Shown piece after piece: positions 54,810 to 64,000 of a stretch of 64,000 nucleotides of DNA. The first letter of the stretch is position 1, and each line of letters begins with the position of its first letter. The notes beneath the pieces were generated by a model. That model was given only the letters and a program-made list of their open reading frames with translations. It did no database searches and was not told the origin of the DNA. Both the position numbers and the translations under genes were made by a program. Origin of the DNA: the human T2T-CHM13v2.0 reference genome, Homo sapiens; NCBI RefSeq assembly GCF_009914755.1, contig NC_060926.1; one strand, written 5' to 3'.

Positions 54810-55366
54810 TGTTGACTGGCCTGTAGCTCTTCCCCCTTGTCCTGAAATAACTCGGCATTCCAGTAGAAAACCTGCATCATGTTGGTCGAGTGGAGATGAA
54901 GCTGGTCTCTCTTCAATCCCTACTACAAGATGTCATGTGACACAAGCTGAACCAATCAGAGAATCCCATCCTGGTGAAAGTCATTGGTGGAAAGATACCC
55001 TTGTGACCCAAGCTGGACCAATCAGTGTCCTCCCCCAGAATTCTCCATGAGCACTTGAAGGGAAGACTGGCTCATTCCAACAGTGTTACTAAGCAGGGGA
55101 TACGGGCCGAGGGCTGTTGGCAGCCATTTTTACTAACCACATAGGGAGAAACATTCCAAAGACTGAAGCCAAGCCAAGACAGGATAAGCTCAGAAATGGA
55201 AATAAACCAAACATATTACCCAATTTGAGTTTCTGTATCCAGTCATGCCTGCTTCCAGTAATAGACCCCCTTCTTGGTTTTGTGAACTAATAAATTTCCT
55301 TCTTTGCTTAATGTAGTTTGAGTTGGGTTTCTTCTATCACTGGTCATCAAAAAACATCCTAAAACA
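54810..55366 (+). mobile_element. MLT1K-like MaLR LTR
   Basis: catgtgacacaagctgaaccaatcag...gtgacccaagctggaccaatcag...gctgttggcagccatt...taataaatttccttctttgcttaa...gagttgggtttct. Confidence 0.75.
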
Positions 55367-55379
55367 CTCGAAGTTCAGG

Positions 55380-55710
55380 TAGAGGCAAACTATGTTCTCC
55401 CATATTTACCAGGCTTCCTTGTAGCCTAGGTGGGGGCCATGTGACTAGTTCTTGCCAATAGACTATGAGCAGAAGTAATCAAAAGCTGAGGCATTTAAGA
55501 GATGGTGCACCTCCTTCAGCCCTCTCTTTCTCTTTTGCTGACATTTAGAGTTCATGTTTACCAGATAGTATGGCTAGATGACGGCAGAGCTGGCATCAGC
55601 CTGGGCTACTCAAACTGTATAGAACAGAACTCTCTGCTAACCTTTGCTCTTTTAAACTATGAAGATTTTCAGGACTAGTCTGTTACACAGGCATATCAGG
55701 GCTTGTGATA
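55380..55710 (+). mobile_element. MLT1J-like MaLR LTR fragment
   Basis: ggcttccttgtagcctaggtgggggccatgtgactagttcttgccaatagactatgagcagaagt. Confidence 0.6.
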
Positions 55711-56289
55711 GAAATGAAGCTCAGCTATGGAAACATTAAGATCTATCTCTATCTCTATCATCAATTTGCTCTCCTGAGTTGTGGCTGAGATCCATGAGTC
55801 TTTTGTATTGCTTCTTCCTACTATAAGAAGTAGAGGTAGGAGGTATCAAAGAAGACATAAAAGAACCAAGAATAGGGAGACAATGAGGACAGAAGCCCTC
55901 TTTAGTATTGTGCCTAAAGACAGTGGTAAAGATCTCAGCCTCAAAGGAAACCAACATTCAGAGTCCAACTGTGAGTCAAACATTTCACCTACGTTATTTT
56001 ATTCCATCCTCACCTACAGACAATTAGATGACACTGTCAATGAAACTAAATTCCAAAGAGATTAAGGCAAGTCACAGATTCCTGACTAGAAAGGGCCAGC
56101 TTTGAACCATATCTTTTCAGCTGCACAATCTAGCCCAAATTAGTTCCATTATTACTATTAATAGTAGTATAAATATTACTTAGAGATAATACTTTCCAGA
56201 TGCATTCAAAATGCCAGTCTCCACCACCCGCTCTCAATGATAGAGATAGAGACAGAGAAAGCAAGATCCGGCCATGTCTGGTCTGAGTT

Positions 56290-56583
56290 TTTTTGTTTTT
56301 TTTTTGATGGAGTCGCACTCTGTCGCCCAGGCTGGAGTGCAGAGGTGTGATCTTGGCTGACTGCAACCTCCACCTCCTGGGTTCAAGCAATTCTCCTGCC
56401 TCAGCCTCCTGAGTAGCTGGGATTACAGGTGCACACCACCATGCCCGGCTAATTTTTGTATTTCTAGTAGAGACGGGGTTTCACCATGTTGGTCAGGCTG
56501 GTCTCGAACTCCTGACCTTGTGATCTGCCCGCCTCAGCCTCCCAAAGTGCTGGGATTACAGGCGTGAGCCACCGCGCCTGGCC
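56290..56583 (-). mobile_element. AluS
   Basis: Dimeric Alu; TSD tggtctgagtt. Confidence 0.95.
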
Positions 56584-58518
56584 TGGTCTGAGTTCTTGAG
56601 TTCAGTTACACACTAGGGCTTTAGGAGTGAAGTACATGCTGCCCAGTCTCCTGATACCACTATTCCCTTGTCCTTGGATTCTTACATGCCTTGCCTGGTC
56701 ACTATTGGAATGCATCAGTCTCTCTTCAACACCTAGTCTGGGACATTTTCCTTCCTAGCTTGATCAGTTTTACTGTTGGGCACACAGCCAATTCAGATCC
56801 CATTATCCCTTTTTCCCTGCTTCTCATATTATCTAGGCTATTTCTCCTTGCCTTGACAAATGTCTTGAACTGTTGTTGGTCCCCACTTCTATCTAATTTG
56901 TCAGCCAGTGTGCTCCCTGCAGACTAACCTACAAATTCTCCAGTCTGGACCCAATCATTTTTTCTGAATTTGTGAAAGACTGCCCATCATTCTTATCTCT
57001 TTGCGACATTAGCATTCTCAACAAATACTTCCAAGTGATCACCTTCTGAGTTTCTAGTAAAACTAGATAGGAATAAATTTCAATCCAAAAATAGGACTGA
57101 AATTTCAAATGTACAGTCATTTGGTGAAGGACATTATTTCTCCTTAAGACTTCTAACTTATCTTTAAGTTAGTAAGAGTCTCTCACTCCAAACCCCATGC
57201 AATTTATACCAAATATAATGTGCATTGCTATCCAAAATGCCAAGTATGAAATTAAGGAGAAGCCGGTCATTGCAGAATCCCCTAAACTAGACACCAAGTG
57301 CGAGAGTATGCCTGATTGTTTGAAGGGGAGTCTGGGGGCTTGCAATAATATGGAACCAGGCAAAACTATCCACTGCTACATTGCCGTAGTTAAAACCAAA
57401 ACAAAGCCCTGTAGATAAAAATGTAACTTCCCCAAATGGAAACGTGGGGAAGAGACTGGGATTAAGTCTCTGAATTGCCATGAAAGTATTTGCAAGCAGT
57501 CAGGGCATTCATGCAGTCACATCACACTTAAGTAATGTCATTGCGCTGTGGCACAATTAGGACTCTTTACAGGCTATCACTTAAATCAGTATTTATGAAG
57601 TGCTCAGGCTGCAGATTAGGAGCCAAATCTGGCCCTTTCCCCACTAGTGACTAAAATAATGAATAAAAATCTCATTGACTACATCTCTGAGAACATCACA
57701 TTGTCATGAACTCCTCCCCGAGACAGTGAATTCTATAAGCATTAATGGGTTTTATTCAACAAATATCCATTTCGTACTCAGACAACTTCTGCCGCTGACA
57801 CCTGCCAATTCATATTTTAAGAAGAAATCACTGAGCTTATAGAGTTGTCATTTTAAAAATGAATGTGGCTCATTATCTTTATTTATATCCTTCTTACTGC
57901 TCCAAACTATCAACCCAGAAGGCCTCTGAAGTTTTTTATTTTGGAAAAAGTACTATGTTTCTTATTTAAAATCAAACACTGTATTTTGTCAGTTAACAAT
58001 GGGTTGATTTCTGCATTAGGTTCTCATTAATTTTATTTCAATTGGAATGTGGGAGGAAAGAGGCCCCAGCCATCTGGACCTAAGCAGATATGTTAGCATT
58101 GGAAGGTTTCTCCAGGGCTTGAATGGGGGAAGGAGACCTAGTCTTCAGGAGCCTAGTGCCTGGTGGCCTGCCGCTCTAGCCATCGTCCTTTGGGCAAGTC
58201 ATGGCCCCTCTTTGAACTTCCTGTTACCTCAGTTGTCAAACACTGTGTCATCAAAAGAGTTTCCATAAGGTCTCTTCATATCCCGAAATTTTGTAACTTC
58301 TGGTCCTCTAGAATGATTCCCTTTCTTCAAGCTGATAGGATGTCATTGTGCCCACTTTCTGCAAAGCTTTTTCTGATGTCTCTATCAGGCAAAGTTCTAT
58401 TCAGCCTTCAAATCCCAGCTGAGTGGTGCCTCTTTGATTCTCATTAGATTTAGGATGCCTTCTTCTAAGCTTACATCTTACTCTGTGCAGAGGTTATTCT
58501 TTATGTTATAATGAATAT

Positions 58519-58989
58519 TGTGGTAGACAAAATAATGGCTCTCCAAAGATTTCAATGTTCGAATCCCCAGGACCTGTGAATATGGTACCTTACAGGGCAA
58601 ACGGGACACTGCAGAGGTGATTCAGTTAAGGAGCTGGAGATGGGAAGATTGTCTTGGATTATTCGGGTGGGCCCAATGCAGTCACAGAGGTTTTTGTAAG
58701 AGAGAGGAAAGAGGGTCAAAGTCTGAAAGAGAAGATGTGATGATGGAACCAAAGTGATGTGGTTTGAAGATGGAGGAGGGGGCCATGAATCAAGGAATGT
58801 AGGCGGCCTCTAGAAGCTGGGAAAGACAAGGAAACAAATTCTCCCCTGAAGCCTCCAGAAGGAACCCAGCTCTGTCAACACCCTAATTTTAGACTTCTGA
58901 CCTCTAGGAATGTAGAAGAGTAAGTTTGTGTTGCTTAAAGCCACTCAATTTGCAGTAATTTGTTACAGTAGCAATTGAAAACCAATAGA
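58519..58989 (+). mobile_element. MLT1D MaLR LTR
   Basis: tgtggtagacaaaataatggc...ggcggcctctagaagctgggaaagacaaggaaacaaattctcccctgaagcctccagaaggaac...taatttgttacagtagcaat. Confidence 0.9.
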
Positions 58990-60299
58990 GACTATGATAT
59001 TTAATACTACCATATTAGCACTCTTTGTATGACTGCCCCCTTGCTAGCCAATGAACTTTTTGAGTGCAAAGAGCACCTTTAAAATATCCTCAGTTATTAG
59101 AGTGTCCTTGGCATATAGCAGCTACTCAAAAGATATTTGTTGAATGAATGAATAAATAAATACAACTTGTTTTACAGAGATAATGTAAAAATGTAGGGAG
59201 TAAATGACTTGCCCAAGGCTGCACAATAATGGGAATGTTGCCCAAATGCTGTACTTTCTCTGGGATGTAGTATTTATTTTGACTAATTTTTTTCACAGAT
59301 ACTGCAATACCAACAATGGTTTAAATACTGTTTAAGTACCTTTGTCCCCTTTGCTTCATATGAAACCACGCTACCTAAATCTAGACCCTTGGATAGAGAC
59401 TGGTTTTTATTTATTTATTTTAAGCATAACTTTTGTGATTTTATAAGAAAAAAAACATTTAAACATTGGCAGAGTGCATTACATTATACAGTTTCTCTTG
59501 GAGCTTTTTCAGTGATTCAATGTTAAAGCTAAGTAGTCCAGATTTTGAGTAACAAAAATATTATGTGCACTTCATCTGTTTGTTTAAAATGGGCTCTCTA
59601 AACAAAACAAAACCTATACTTTGCTCAAAGTTACCCGTGTTAGTGGGTGTGAATGTGTGTATTTACACATGGCAGAATGAAAAGAGGATTGTGGAGGTGG
59701 GGGTGGGGTGGGGCCAGGGGGTGGGGGAAGCAGAAAAGACCAATCCCTACCCCTTCCCCTCCCAGATCCCTTCCAGAGTGAAGGTACAGCTGAAATCCCA
59801 CTGACTCCTCATTAGGGTGTTGCATGCAGGCCAGGACAGGAAGAAGAGCACATTTTTGAGCACTAGTCCTTGGAGAGACATGCAAACGTGACTGCCATTT
59901 AAACTGCAGATGGTCACGGTTGTCTCAATCTGTGTGTGGACAGCTGCTTGCTGTCCTCTCAGTCTTCTAGGAGAGTTTGTTCTGTTGTCTGGCAAGTCCC
60001 TTCATCCAAAAGGAGTACCTATTTGAAAAGGAGAGGAGTTGGCTTGATGTCGCTTTGTAAGAAGAGTTTGAGTATTTTAAAGCAACTTTCATGGAAAGAG
60101 AAAAGTCTACACGTCCTTTACAGGGATACATTTGGATTCAAATGGTTAGATCCTGCTATAATTGTTGAAATAACTTACTACTTTAGAGCTTCAAATTCTG
60201 ATTTTCATTAGAAAAACCATATTTAAAACTCCGTTTGCATTTGAAGATAGAAAATCTTTAGGAAGCATCTATCCACAAGTATTTTTTTAATGCTAGTAA

Positions 60300-60646
<347 letters not shown>

Positions 60647-61039
60647 CACAATTGAACTTCCAGTCTCACGGAGGAGATACGGTGTCACCCCTACCAGTGC
60701 AAAACGAAAAACTAGCCTACAAGGTACACATATCATATACTTTTATTGAAAAGCCATAATGAATATTAAAAAATTGGGGGAACACAAAAACACTTATTCT
60801 CCTACTACCCTAGCACAACCATGTTCATTTGCATAGTTCTGTCTCACCATATGTGGCCATGAGCAAGAAAGCAGTATATGCAAAAATAGTATGTTTTGAT
60901 TCCACCATTATGACCCCACAGTTTGTTCTTTGTTTCCCACATGGTGTGGGAAAGGGAGACACAGTATATTTAGAATTATTTGAACACATTTTTATAATTT
61001 TAGCAATATAACTGTTAAGAAACTTATTCTATGCTTGTC

Positions 61040-61350
61040 ACCTTGTCATTCAGGTCTCAGCTCAAATATTACCTCTTCAGGGAGAACCTTCTTGACAACC
61101 TGATCTAATGTAGCTTTCTAAACTGTCACGGTCACATTATGTTGTCTAATTTTCTTCACAGTCCTTATTTCAGTATGAAATTCTTCTGCCCCTTTATTTG
61201 TTTGACTGTCTCTTCTTTTCTAGCCAACAATTAGAAAGGAAACTACATAAGAGCAGAAACATTATCTTCTTGCACAGATGTATCCTAAGTGCCTTGATTA
61301 GCACCCGGTGTGTAGTAGGCCCTCCCTTGATACTTGTGATTGAATTGATG
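61040..61350 (+). mobile_element. L2a 3' end
   Basis: tcattcaggtctcagctcaaatattacctcttcagggagaaccttc...tagaaaggaaactacataagagcagaaac...ttgtgattgaattgatgaa. Confidence 0.85.
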
Positions 61351-61506
61351 AAATACAAATTATCACTTTTTCGTCTAATTCATAACGAACCTTACTCATA
61401 GTGAAAAACAAAATAAAAGTGACTGGCTAAAACTTGCAAACAGTAAAAGCTATTATAAACGAAAAATTGGCAAAAGAATCAAGCTCATTGGTAATATTGG
61501 AATTTA

Positions 61507-61869
<363 letters not shown>

Positions 61870-62969
61870 TCAACACAAGACAGACAATGGCTAAAATTGC
61901 AGATGGCACAATTTGTCCTTGGCTAAAAAATGACGGGAGAACTAAATCTTCTAAACAAAACTATATCATAATTTTGACCCTGGACAATTATACTTGGTGG
62001 TCATAAAAGAAAAATCATAATAGAAAAAGATATAATAGGTAACATTTCATATGTTTGGGGAAAAAGTGATGGGTAAATCAAATATTCATCATACAACTCA
62101 TAAGAATTGATTTTGAGTAAAATAATTTTGGTTACATGTAAATGAATAAAAAGGAAATTGTTTAAATGGTTTATATGGAAAATTCGATCAAATAATGGGA
62201 TTGGCTTAATGTATTTTGATTTCAAAATGCTTTCTTGGCAATGGTAATAAAATTATAATTTAAGTGGTTGTGCTTTCAAATATGGAATCCATATATTCTT
62301 ATGGGAAAAATGGTGGAATAGCAACTTCCTACAATCTAGCTGAATATACAGCTATAGAGCAAAATAAATAATAAAGCACTAATTTGAGAAGCATAAACAA
62401 CCATAAAATAGACGAGTGTACACTGTGCTAAGGATAAAAATGTATCATTCTGGAATTATCAGGGGAGGCTCCCCGGAAAGCAGGGTAGCGCTATCCAGAT
62501 GGCCGGCCTTGGGCAGGTCACTCAGTGTCTCTGGTTTTGGGCATGTTCAATAAGAGTCCAAGCTACAATTTAGACTAAAGTCAACCCAGAGAGCTGACCA
62601 AAGAGAAAGTACATATTACTGAGGATGGGAACAGAAACAGTGAGTAAGAGGACATCCTGGGCTAACCTTTAGGAGCTGCCAACGTTTAGGGGTTACGAAG
62701 ATGACAAACCCCTGGAAAAAGGAGCAAAGAATGAGCAAAGAAGTAAGATAATAAGACAGTGCAACGTGAGAGGGCCCTGAGACCTGAACATATGTGAAAG
62801 CAGACAGTCAAATACTATTGGGAAATATTGTCAACAACAAAAATAAGTCTCCTGAATTTGACTAGAAGTCTAATTTTGACATGGAGGCAATTATCTTGGG
62901 AAACTATAGGAGGAGGTGGTCATTGAGGACAAGAGAATAGTAAGAAATTGAAGGAGAGGGTTCTTGATC

Positions 62970-63740
<771 letters not shown>

Positions 63741-64000
63741 TGTTCACTGTAAGCAGTTAGGAAATGGAAATGCTTTTTAAGACAAGAGAAAATAACATGT
63801 TTAAAGGCAGAAAGGATAAGATGAAATTGTGGAGAATAAATAAAAAGGAAGAAAAGACATATGGAGGAATTCCCACTTAGTGTGAAATTAACCAGAATGG
63901 GGCCTTAAACTCACAAGTGGCTTGGAGAATTATTTTTCTACTTAGTTTGAGTTCTTTCCTGACTTCTGTGCTCTTCCACTCTTCCTGTTTGGTCATCTCC

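Noticed and set aside
62484-62505. CTCF-like tagcgctatccagatggcc
   Set aside because: It needs an insertion and several mismatches to fit, and it lies among degenerate L2/MIR sequence.

Overview
Primate (most likely human or another ape; an AluY-type element is present) non-coding DNA, either intronic or intergenic. I found no credible protein-coding gene, RNA gene, CRISPR array or CpG island. The supplied ORFs are explained by Alu, L1, LTR or microsatellite sequence, or by chance. Roughly half the window is recognisable interspersed repeat: 14 Alu elements, L1PB/L1PA16/L1MA/L1ME fragments, L2, L3/CR1, MIR, MamSINE1, solo ERV1 LTRs (MER41B, MER39B, MER31, MER52A), MaLR/ERVL LTRs and Tigger/hAT DNA-transposon fossils, many of them nested with visible target-site duplications (TSDs). 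Family names come from my recall of consensus sequences and need RepeatMasker/Dfam confirmation. The best leads are three. (1) A ~178-bp insert inside MER31 (27324-27501) appears copied from the L1 3' end plus host flank 2.5 kb away (29811-29984), which suggests a locally templated insertion rather than retrotransposition. (2) A MER41B LTR keeps two intact GAS/STAT1 motifs. (3) A repeat-free island near 25.2-25.9 kb carries an exact SOX-OCT composite plus TCF motifs. I see no evidence for a new multi-gene biological system.
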